Below, piece by piece: positions 55,867 to 64,000 of a stretch of 64,000 bases of DNA (positions are counted from its first letter, which is position 1; each line of letters starts with the position of its first letter). This stretch comes from an uncultured Chlamydiae bacterium. GTDB taxonomy: Bacteria; Chlamydiota; Chlamydiia; Chlamydiales; Parachlamydiaceae. The notes below the pieces were generated by a model that was given only the letters and a program-made list of their open reading frames with translations, did not search any database and had not been told where the DNA came from. The translations under genes were made by a program, and so were the position numbers. Location of the stretch: the NCBI GenBank assembly GCA_963830365.1, contig CAWHMU010000046.1, positions 32,001 to 96,000 of the forward strand, given 5' to 3'.

Positions 55867-56759
55867 CTAACGCCGCCTCACCGCCTGCTGACATCGCCGC
55901 CCAACAGCTGCTGCCACCCTCTTTTTGGCGCCGCTGCTGGCACGACTTCAAAGCCAACCGCCCGGCGCTTGCCGCGGGGTTCTTCCTCATACTGCTCATC
56001 ATCCTTGCCATCGCCGCCCCCATGCTCAGCCGCCATACCTATTATGATATCGACCTGACGATCAAGAACCAGGCCCCATCAACGGCGCATTGGTTTGGCA
56101 CCGACGACCTGGGCCGCGACATCTTCACCCGCCTATGGTACGGCGCCAGGATATCCCTCTTTGTCGGCCTCGCCGCTGCCTTCATCGACCTCATCATCGG
56201 TATGCTTTGGGGCGGCATCGCCGCTCTTGCCGGCGGCAAGCTGGATGATGTCATGATGCGCCTCGTCGACATCCTGAGCGCCATCCCTTCGCTGCTGATC
56301 AACATTTCCCTTATGGTCGTGCTCGGCCCCGGCCTGCACACTATTATCATCGCCCTGACAGTGCTAGGATGGATCACCATGGCGCGCGTGGTGCGCGGAC
56401 AGCTGCTACAGCTTAAAATGCAAGGCTATATCCTCGCCGCCCATGCTATGGGCGCAAGCTTCTGGCGCATCCTGTTCCGCCACCTCTTCCCCAATGCCGT
56501 AGGACCAATCCTTGTCACCCTCACCCTCACCGTCCCCTCCGCCATCTTCGCCGAAGCATTCCTGAGCTACCTAGGCCTCGGCGTCCAGGCCCCCATCGCC
56601 AGCTGGGGCACCATGGCCAGCGAGGGTCTGCCCGCCCTGGAATACTACCCTTGGCGCCTCTTCGTCCCCGCCGCCTGCATCAGCCTGACCATGCTGTCCT
56701 TCAATGTGGTTGGCGACGGCTTAAATGACGCCTTCACCCGTGCCACCCGCCTGCGCTGA
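55863..56759 (+). CDS. oppC: Oligopeptide ABC permease
   Basis: HWFGTDDLGRD, GARISL, EAFLSYLGLG; ATG 55863 overlaps the oppB stop. Confidence 0.94.
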   Translation: MTNAASPPADIAAQQLLPPSFWRRCWHDFKANRPALAAGFFLILLIILAIAAPMLSRHTYYDIDLTIKNQAPSTAHWFGTDDLGRDIFTRLWYGARISLFVGLAAAFIDLIIGMLWGGIAALAGGKLDDVMMRLVDILSAIPSLLINISLMVVLGPGLHTIIIALTVLGWITMARVVRGQLLQLKMQGYILAAHAMGASFWRILFRHLFPNAVGPILVTLTLTVPSAIFAEAFLSYLGLGVQAPIASWGTMASEGLPALEYYPWRLFVPAACISLTMLSFNVVGDGLNDAFTRATRLR

Positions 56760-56866
56760 CATCCAAAAGACAGAAAATATGCATTGCATTCGCTAAGAAG
56801 GGTTGTGCTGTAAATGCGAAGACCTCTATATATTGAAATTTATAATCATCTATTCTTGGCATTTTG

Positions 56867-58093
56867 ATGGAAGCACACACGTTTTTAATTGAACTCGTTT
56901 TGATCTTGCTTTCAGCTCGATTATTTGGTGAGATTGCCGCTTATTTTCAGGTTCCTTCTGTTATTGGAGAGCTTGTTGCTGGCATTGTGATTGGTCCAAG
57001 TATTTTAGGATTAGTTGAGATAAGCAATCCCATCCATCTATTAGCCCAGATTGGTATCATTTTACTTCTTTTTGAAGTTGGGATAGAAACAGATATCGGC
57101 CATCTGTCTTCAGCTGGCGTTAAAGCGCTCATCGTCGCAGTTGGTGGTGTGATTTTGCCTTTTATATTAGGTTTCCTCATTAGCTACTACGCATTTGACT
57201 TTTCTCTCCTGGTCAGCCTATTCATTGCCAGCACTCTTACAGCTACGAGTATTGGCATCACTCTGAGAGTGCTTCGTGATTTAAAAAAACAAAATAGCCA
57301 TGAAGCGCAAATTATTATTGGCGCCGCAGTTCTGGACGACATTATAGGTATAGTTTTACTTGCAATGCTTTATGAATTTTCAGTAAGCGGAGAAATCAAT
57401 TTGTGGAGTACAGGAAAAGTATTACTCTTTATTATACTCTTTTTCTTCATCTCGCCCATTTTAGCTAAGGGTGTCTCTCATATCATTAAGAAGTGGGATG
57501 AAAACAGTGATATTCCCGGTCTTTTGCCTACCACAATCGTTTCATTGATCTTGTTTTTTGCCTGGACAGCTCACTCTTTAGGTGCGCCAGAACTTCTTGG
57601 TGGCTTTGCAGCGGGGCTAGCTTTGTCTAGGCAATTTTTTTTCCCCTTTGCAGTATTTTTACATGAGTCAAAAGAGTTTAGCTATCGCGTAGAGGCTCAG
57701 ATGAAGCCCATCGTGCATTTATTTACGCCAATCTTTTTTGTGGCTATCGGCCTCTCTCTAGATCTTAGGACTGTAAACTGGGAATCATCGTTTATCTGGA
57801 TACTATGTGGTTCTTTAGTAGCAGCTTCGATCATTGGAAAATTATTTTCTGCCTTTTTCCTAAAAGGCGAAAGTCGGATGATGCAGCTCATTATTGGAAC
57901 AGCAATGATCCCTCGTGGAGAAGTTGGCTTGATTTTTGCTAATGTTGGACTGACTGCAGGTGTCTTAAAAAATGACGTTTATGCAGCCATTATACTTGTT
58001 ATTACAATTACCACATTGGTAGCCCCATTTTCTTTGCGCTGGCTTTATAGCTATTCAAAAAAAGATGATATTTATGGTGCATCACACACATAA
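56867..58093 (+). CDS. Cation/H+ antiporter (CPA2, NapA/KefB-like)
   Basis: Multi-TM; LTATSIGIT, GAAVLDDI, PRGEVGLI. Confidence 0.92.
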   Translation: MEAHTFLIELVLILLSARLFGEIAAYFQVPSVIGELVAGIVIGPSILGLVEISNPIHLLAQIGIILLLFEVGIETDIGHLSSAGVKALIVAVGGVILPFILGFLISYYAFDFSLLVSLFIASTLTATSIGITLRVLRDLKKQNSHEAQIIIGAAVLDDIIGIVLLAMLYEFSVSGEINLWSTGKVLLFIILFFFISPILAKGVSHIIKKWDENSDIPGLLPTTIVSLILFFAWTAHSLGAPELLGGFAAGLALSRQFFFPFAVFLHESKEFSYRVEAQMKPIVHLFTPIFFVAIGLSLDLRTVNWESSFIWILCGSLVAASIIGKLFSAFFLKGESRMMQLIIGTAMIPRGEVGLIFANVGLTAGVLKNDVYAAIILVITITTLVAPFSLRWLYSYSKKDDIYGASHT

Positions 58094-58284
58094 GCACCTA
58101 ATTAACAAAACCCTAAGAGCAAGCTCCAGACCCCTTCTCTGTGCCTCTGCATCTCGGAGGTGAAGTTTTTCGTATCACCCTAATTAACAATACTATACCA
58201 CTAGCAAGCAGATTGCACCACAGAGGCACAGAGTCACTGAGAAGGCCGGGAAAACCTCATGGGTACTCATTTGCGTGATGAGCC
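58076..58284 (-). mobile_element. 209-bp ISL3-ended MITE overlapping the antiporter 3' end
   Basis: Reverse-complement homolog of 37003..37211 with the same length; ends GGTGCATCAC / GTGATGAGCC. Confidence 0.78.
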
Positions 58285-58385
58285 CTCCTCATCACGTTGC
58301 CAAAACATGCCGTCGGCACCGTCGATATCACGGTGGGTTATTAATATGGCAGCTCCTAGATGGAGCTTAGCCATAATGCACAATG

Positions 58386-59348
58386 CTACGTTATTGACGA
58401 TGAGCCAGCAGGCTTTGGTTGTGGTAAGAGAGGCGGCATCCTGGGCGGAAGCCTAACCGGCAAATGTCGGACAACAAACTGCCTGTGTTCACTTGATGGG
58501 TCTGTTGAAGGACTGAGGACTGTTTTTGAATCTTCCTGCAAAGGTAGCGTTTTATATTTCTCAAGTCGAAGGGTTCTTCTAGAGCTCTGCGTCACTAGCT
58601 GGGGAGATATGGGTTCTGCTGGATCATCAGGAGATTTCTTTGTCTCCTCATCTTTTGCTGCGACTAAATAGGGCTTATTTAAGACCTTAAGCTCTGCCAA
58701 CTTATTAAAAAGCGCAATGCCAGAATTATTGAACTTTTCTAATATGCACAATATTTCCTCATTGTCGGAATAGCTCGAAGTTATTTTCTCAGCTAACATC
58801 GCTAACTCCGAACGCACGGCACCCGCAGCCTTGCTGATGAGACGTTCGATTGCCAAAGGAGACTTGCCATGCGCTGCCAGGTAGGCAGTTGCTAATTCAT
58901 AAAGCTGCCCCGCCTCGGGATTTAAATCATCATCTGTCAGATTCCCCAGAATTTCATTCAGAGACTTATCAAAAGATGCACCTGCGACATCGTGTTCGCG
59001 GAAAGCCTGAAACAGATCTGTGAGATTTTTTTCTGTCACCTCAGAGGACGATGGTTCTACTGTCGGTGTGACAGGATTAGCAATGGATGAAATTTGATGA
59101 TTGCCTGCCGCCGCCAGGCCTCCTTGGACGTCAGCAGAAAGAACGTCCTGGCTGGTATTGCTTTCCAACGCCCTGGCTCTTCCGTATAAGCACTTTCTGG
59201 CTGCCACACAAGCCATGCCCAATAACGCACCCCCGGCAATGATAGTTAACAATGCAGTGCTTGAATTAAGTGTTGCATCTTTGTTATCCGCCCAAGAAAG
59301 TTTGCTAGCAAGATAACTTGGGATATTTTGTATAAATTGAATCGTCAT
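58386..59348 (-). CDS. Single-TM effector/Inc-like protein sharing the array's N-terminal leader
   Basis: MTIQFIQNIPSYLASKLSWA resembles MTIQ...IQNLPHYLTDILLW. Confidence 0.78.
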   Translation of the reverse strand: MTIQFIQNIPSYLASKLSWADNKDATLNSSTALLTIIAGGALLGMACVAARKCLYGRARALESNTSQDVLSADVQGGLAAAGNHQISSIANPVTPTVEPSSSEVTEKNLTDLFQAFREHDVAGASFDKSLNEILGNLTDDDLNPEAGQLYELATAYLAAHGKSPLAIERLISKAAGAVRSELAMLAEKITSSYSDNEEILCILEKFNNSGIALFNKLAELKVLNKPYLVAAKDEETKKSPDDPAEPISPQLVTQSSRRTLRLEKYKTLPLQEDSKTVLSPSTDPSSEHRQFVVRHLPVRLPPRMPPLLPQPKPAGSSSIT

Positions 59349-59565
59349 CGGCTTTCTCGTTTTAGATTTTTACTTAAATACATTACTTTAAAATTATATA
59401 CGTAAAACTAATCACTCAAATTAACGTGATAATATAGCGAAGTGAAAATTATTCATCCACACATTCTGTTTGATACTGGTTGCACCCTCTTGCCGTTAGC
59501 TACAAGATTTCGTATTTATCTTTCAAAAATGATGGGAAACAGTTAAAAGCAAGTCATTACCCTAT

Positions 59566-61131
59566 ATGCAGGATGCCGACATGATAAACTTCAAAGACTT
59601 TACATTTATCTCCATGATACTGGCTATAGGCGCGCTGCTTCCCTTGCAGTCCGAGGAAAAGACATTGCCAAAAAACATGCAGAGTATCATGCAGCAGGAC
59701 AAATATGTACACGCCAATTGGGGCGTCTACGTCAAGGATGTAGAGACCGGCAAGGTGCTCTTCAATATGAATTCCAACCGCATGGTCCTGCCGGCATCCA
59801 CGACAAAACTATTTTCAGTCGCCGCCCTGCTGCAGGCCTATGGTGATGATTACCGCTTCAAGACCCCTGTCTATGCTTTGGGGGAAATTGACAAGGGCAT
59901 CTTCACAGGAAATCTAATATTGGTAGCCCAGGGGGACCTCACCATGGGCGGACGGCAAGGTAAGACCGATGCCATTGCCTTCACCAAACTGGATCATATC
60001 ATAGCCAATAATATCCCCGGAGTGATTTTAACCCCCGAAGACCCCTTAGCCGGGATCCAGGCGCTGGCCAAGCAAGTGCATGATAAAGGCATCAGGCAAA
60101 TTGATGGCGACATTTTGATTGACGACCGCCTGTTCGAAACCACCCAAAAGCGCGAGATGACGCTCTCGCCGATGATCATCAATGAGAACCTAATCGATAT
60201 GGTGGTAAATCCGGGCACTGTTGGCGAGGCCGCAAGGCTGTCGTGGCGTCCGCAGGCCCCCGGCTATACCGTCACCAACCAGATAAAGACGGTTTCAAAA
60301 GGCGAAGCCATCGATCTGCACATCACCGCCGATGAAGCCGGCAGAAACATTGTCGTGCAGGGATCGCTGCCGGCAGACCAAAAGGATGTGGTACGCACCT
60401 TTTCGATCAAAGACCCCAACCACTTTGCTAAAACGGCCTTCATCGAGGCCCTACAAAAGCTTGGCATCGCGGTCAACCTCGATAAGAACAAGACGGCATC
60501 ACTCCCACCCAAAGAGACTTTTCAAGGCATGACACCGATGGCTGTCTGGACCTCACCGCCGCTGGCTGAATATGCCAAACTCATCCTAAAGGTGAGCCAC
60601 AACTTAGGAGCTGATCTTGTGCCCTTATTGCTCGCCGCGCGCAAAGGTGAAACAACTTTTAATGCCGGCATGCGTGAGCTCGGGAATTTCACCGTCCAGC
60701 AGGTAAAAGTTCCGGCCGATGCTTTTGTCTTCATCGACGGCGCAGGCGGCGATGAGAATCGCCTGACGCCGCAAGCCGAAGTGCAGCTTTTGGAATACAT
60801 GCACAAATTGCCAGCAAAGCAATTTAAAAATTACTATCAAGCCTTGCCAATTCTTGGCGTCGATGGCTCGCTGGCAGATTTTGGTAAGACGACTGCAGCC
60901 GTCGGCAAAGTGCATGCCAAGACCGGCACCGGTGTGGCTTTCAATCTGGCGCTTGGCAAGTTCTTTTTAACCACCCAGACTCTAGCGGGCTATATCGATG
61001 GAAAAAATGGGCATTTGCTGCTATTTATGGTCTCTGTCAATAATGGCAGCATGCCGACCATCAATGACGTCATTCCGATTTTTGAGGATTTAAGCCAAAT
61101 CACAGGCGTCATCTATGACGAGGTGAAATAA
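59566..61131 (+). CDS. dacB: D-Ala-D-Ala carboxypeptidase/endopeptidase (peptidase S13, PBP4)
   Basis: PASTTK (SxxK), SHN (SxN), KTGT. Confidence 0.92.
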   Translation: MQDADMINFKDFTFISMILAIGALLPLQSEEKTLPKNMQSIMQQDKYVHANWGVYVKDVETGKVLFNMNSNRMVLPASTTKLFSVAALLQAYGDDYRFKTPVYALGEIDKGIFTGNLILVAQGDLTMGGRQGKTDAIAFTKLDHIIANNIPGVILTPEDPLAGIQALAKQVHDKGIRQIDGDILIDDRLFETTQKREMTLSPMIINENLIDMVVNPGTVGEAARLSWRPQAPGYTVTNQIKTVSKGEAIDLHITADEAGRNIVVQGSLPADQKDVVRTFSIKDPNHFAKTAFIEALQKLGIAVNLDKNKTASLPPKETFQGMTPMAVWTSPPLAEYAKLILKVSHNLGADLVPLLLAARKGETTFNAGMRELGNFTVQQVKVPADAFVFIDGAGGDENRLTPQAEVQLLEYMHKLPAKQFKNYYQALPILGVDGSLADFGKTTAAVGKVHAKTGTGVAFNLALGKFFLTTQTLAGYIDGKNGHLLLFMVSVNNGSMPTINDVIPIFEDLSQITGVIYDEVK

Positions 61132-61144
61132 CAAGGAGATTAGC

Positions 61145-61540
61145 ATGAATTATCTAAAAGCTTTTATTGCCGGCATCACCGTGCCGAGTATTATTCTGCC
61201 GATAGGCATTTATAGCGCCCTGGCATGGGGAAAACCCCAGCTATTAACCATTCCCTTCCTGCATTTCATCCCGTTAATCTGGGGCCTGTGGAATGTTTTG
61301 TCTGTCGCCTTTTTTAAAAATGCGCTGCCGCAGGATCCCAACCTCCGCCTGCTGCTTACGGGAGCTGTGCTTGGAGTACTTGTCATCGGCTATGCCACTT
61401 TCTGGCTGGATCTGCCAACACTGATGGGCATACCTGGACAGTTTAAATACCTGCCTATTATTATCGGACCCATCGTCTATGCCCTTATATGGCGTTGGCT
61501 GGTCGAACCTTTGAATCAATTATTAGCGGTGAAAGAATAG
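61145..61540 (+). CDS. Small four-TM membrane protein
   Basis: AAGGAG RBS; four hydrophobic segments. Confidence 0.8.
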   Translation: MNYLKAFIAGITVPSIILPIGIYSALAWGKPQLLTIPFLHFIPLIWGLWNVLSVAFFKNALPQDPNLRLLLTGAVLGVLVIGYATFWLDLPTLMGIPGQFKYLPIIIGPIVYALIWRWLVEPLNQLLAVKE

Positions 61541-61801
61541 ATGGCAGAAGAGTCAAGCTGGGAGGTGTATATCATCCGGACAACATCGGGGAAGCTGTAT
61601 ACAGGCATCACCACAAATCTGGACCGCCGTTTTGCTGATCATCTGCAGGGGCGTAAAGGGGCGCGTTTTTTCCGTTTTTCAACACCGGAAAGCATTGTCT
61701 ACCGCGAGCCACACCCCAACAGATCTTCCGCCTCGCAGCGGGAATGCCGGATAAAAAAAATGACCCGCCAGCAAAAACTGGACCTCACCTCCAGCCTATA
61801 G
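61541..61801 (+). CDS. GIY-YIG nuclease family protein (YhbQ/UPF0213-like)
   Basis: VYII...LYTGITT...RRF..H..G.KGA. Confidence 0.9.
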   Translation: MAEESSWEVYIIRTTSGKLYTGITTNLDRRFADHLQGRKGARFFRFSTPESIVYREPHPNRSSASQRECRIKKMTRQQKLDLTSSL

Positions 61802-62779
61802 AGGCGATATCTTCCAGCAGCGATGGATCTTGGGATCATGGAAGTCTAGCGGAATTGTTTTGTCGGAAATATCCACCACGACACACCCTTTGAAATATTG
61901 CTCGTCAAAGGCAAAGCGGCGCGAATTGGTACTGAAAAATATTGTGCCACCAGGCAAAAGCAGCTTCAAGGCCTTTGATACCAGTGAGAGGTAATCCTGC
62001 TGGATGTCAAACATCTGATCCATTTTCTTGGAGCGCGAGATGGTGGGAGGATCGATGATGATGATGTCGTATTTGATCCCTGAGCGCAGCTCTTCATCCA
62101 TAAATTTAAGGCAGTCTGCCCTGACAATCTCATGGGTAGCCAGCGGGATACCATTAAGCATGAAGTTATCCCTTCCCCAGGCGGTGTAGGTATTGGACAT
62201 ATCCACACTTTTGGTAAACGTCGCCCCGGCCACGGCGGCATGCACGCTGAAGGAGCAGGTATAGGCAAAAAGATTCAACACCCGCTTGCCGGGGCAAGCC
62301 GCAGCGACGATTTTGCGCGTTTCACGGTGGTCGAGGAAAAGCCCCGTATCCAGATAGTCGATAAGGTTGACCCAGAATTTAATCCCGAATTCGATGGCAC
62401 TAAAAAACTCTTTTGACTCCCCTATCTTCTCATACTGGCGGGTCTTTTTGCGTTTTAAGCGCGTGCGCCAGAAAATTGCGCCGGCCTCAGCCCCAAAGAT
62501 ACCGCCCAGCGCTTTGACGATTTCATCTACCAGCTCCGCCGGCGGCTCGTCGCTATCTGTCGAACTGGAGAAATGCTGCACCAGAAAGCGGCCGGCATAA
62601 AAATCTATCGCCAGCGGATATTCCCGGATTTCGCGGTCATAGATGCGGAAGCAGTCTGTCTGCGTCCGCTTCGCCCACTTGCGGATATGGCGATAGTTCT
62701 TCCGGATGCGATTTACCAGCGGCGAGCTTTTATCCTCACCGTCTACGATGGCAGGAAGGGATATCTTGATTTCATCCAT
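61796..62779 (-). CDS. Class I SAM-dependent rRNA methyltransferase (RlmK-like)
   Basis: DYLDTGLFLDHR, LNLFAYT, VDMSNTY, DPPT. Confidence 0.9.
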   Translation of the reverse strand: MDEIKISLPAIVDGEDKSSPLVNRIRKNYRHIRKWAKRTQTDCFRIYDREIREYPLAIDFYAGRFLVQHFSSSTDSDEPPAELVDEIVKALGGIFGAEAGAIFWRTRLKRKKTRQYEKIGESKEFFSAIEFGIKFWVNLIDYLDTGLFLDHRETRKIVAAACPGKRVLNLFAYTCSFSVHAAVAGATFTKSVDMSNTYTAWGRDNFMLNGIPLATHEIVRADCLKFMDEELRSGIKYDIIIIDPPTISRSKKMDQMFDIQQDYLSLVSKALKLLLPGGTIFFSTNSRRFAFDEQYFKGCVVVDISDKTIPLDFHDPKIHRCWKISPL

Positions 62780-62911
62780 AAGGTACTTACTTGAACGTTA
62801 ATTTTGCAGTTTTGAAACGATAAGCATACTACAAAATCGCATAATTGTAAAACTTGTATCATGGTCGTTAATTGAATGGTTGTGAATTCGATTTAACGCA
62901 AACAGCCTAGA

Positions 62912-63069
62912 AACGCAAGGAAGGCAACACTTACCACAGAGGCACAGAAAGGCTGCGCACGATACAAGATACAACAGATAATGCCCGGCTGAGGCTCCCT
63001 TTTCCTTATAACTTGATTTTCCTTCTCTGTGTCTCTGTGCCTCTGTGGTAAGTGTTGCCTTCTTTGCGT
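62912..63069. repeat. CGCAAAG/CACAGAG composite palindrome
   Basis: ACGCAAGGAAGGCAACACTTACCACAGAGGCACAG inverted at ~63035-63069; related to 43904..44214. Confidence 0.82.
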
Positions 63070-63075
63070 GCGAAT

Positions 63076-63906
63076 TCACAACCCAGCACCTTGCTTACGG
63101 AAGGTCAGCCAGCTGGAAATCACGGTCACGGCCGTGATGAGGCAGACAATGATGGTCGCCAGCGCATTGATTTCAGGGCTGACACCCAATCTCACGCGCG
63201 AATAGATCAGCATCGGCAGCGTGGTGGCTCCCGGGCCGCTGGTGAAGCTGGCGATGACCAGATCGTCCAATGACAGCGTGAAGGCCAGCAGCCAGCCGGC
63301 GACAAGCGCCGGCAGGATCAGTGGCAGGATGATCACGAAAAAGACTTTGAGCGGCCTTGCACCTAGGTCAAGAGCGGCCTCTTCCAGCGAGCGGTCGAAA
63401 GCCGTCAGGCGCGCCTGCACCAATACCGCCACATAGGCCATACCTAGTGTCGTGTGGGCCATGATGATGGTGAGGATTCCCCTGCCTTGCGGCCAGCCGA
63501 TGACTTGTGACATGGCCACAAAGAGTAGCAGCAGCGAAAAGCCGGTGATGACTTCCGGCATGACAAACGGTGAAAACAGCATGCCGCTGAATAGCGTACG
63601 GCTGCGAAAAGCACCAAAACGCGCTAAAGCCACCCCAGCCAGAGTGCCCAGGATCACTGCCAGGGTCGCAGACGATGAGGCCACTTTGCAGCTCACCACG
63701 ACAGCAGACATCAATTCAGCATCGTACCAGAGGCTGGCATACCATTTGGCGGAGAACCCTGCCCATACTGTCACCAGACGCGAACTGTTGAACGAATAAA
63801 ATATCAAAGTGAAAATCGGCGCATAGAGGAATAAAAAACCAATGCCCATCATGGCATTAAGCCACGGGAAATCAAACCTTTTACCCTGAACTTTATTCAT
63901 GCTCAA
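63076..63906 (-). CDS. potI: Putrescine/spermidine ABC permease (PotI/PotC)
   Basis: EEAALDLGA, FTLSLDD, TTLP, PEINALAT. Confidence 0.88.
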   Translation of the reverse strand: MSMNKVQGKRFDFPWLNAMMGIGFLFLYAPIFTLIFYSFNSSRLVTVWAGFSAKWYASLWYDAELMSAVVVSCKVASSSATLAVILGTLAGVALARFGAFRSRTLFSGMLFSPFVMPEVITGFSLLLLFVAMSQVIGWPQGRGILTIIMAHTTLGMAYVAVLVQARLTAFDRSLEEAALDLGARPLKVFFVIILPLILPALVAGWLLAFTLSLDDLVIASFTSGPGATTLPMLIYSRVRLGVSPEINALATIIVCLITAVTVISSWLTFRKQGAGL

Positions 63907-63916
63907 TCCTTAATTC

Positions 63917-64000
63917 CTAACGGCGCACTTCGCGCCTGCCGATGATACGCTGTACAATCATAATCGGCACTACCAGCATCATGGTCATGATGATCGTCAC
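63917..64000 (-). CDS. 3' end of a probable PotH/PotB permease (partial)
   Basis: Hydrophobic VTIIMTMMLVVPIMIVQRIIGRREVRR* directly upstream of potI. Confidence 0.6.
   Translation of the reverse strand: MTIIMTMMLVVPIMIVQRIIGRREVRR

Overview
This is a bacterial window, most likely from an environmental Chlamydiota (Parachlamydiales-like) endosymbiont; that assignment is inferred from gene content and style, not tested. After the 3' end of lysS comes a ~30 kb co-oriented minus-strand array (1.5-31.4 kb) of paralogous two-TM, Inc/effector-like genes. Seven of them share a conserved ~150-aa N-terminal domain followed by long divergent low-complexity tails. The first-transcribed gene encodes a CE-clan (Ulp1/ChlaDUB-like) protease with tandem acidic LIR-like motifs. 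Almost every intergenic gap holds a REP-like palindrome or MITE from one of several families. An intact group II intron (39554-41419, minus strand) sits precisely inside one REP copy, and its EBS1/EBS2 are complementary to the conserved REP arm. That REP lies within an ISL3-type MITE with an 8-bp TSD, which lies within another palindrome. The rest of the window holds suhB, a split opp system (oppDF and oppABC), an acyl-CoA dehydrogenase, further effector-like ORFs, nested IS110/ISL3/IS5-like remnants, a Na+/H+ antiporter, dacB, a GIY-YIG nuclease, an RlmK-like methyltransferase and polyamine ABC permeases.
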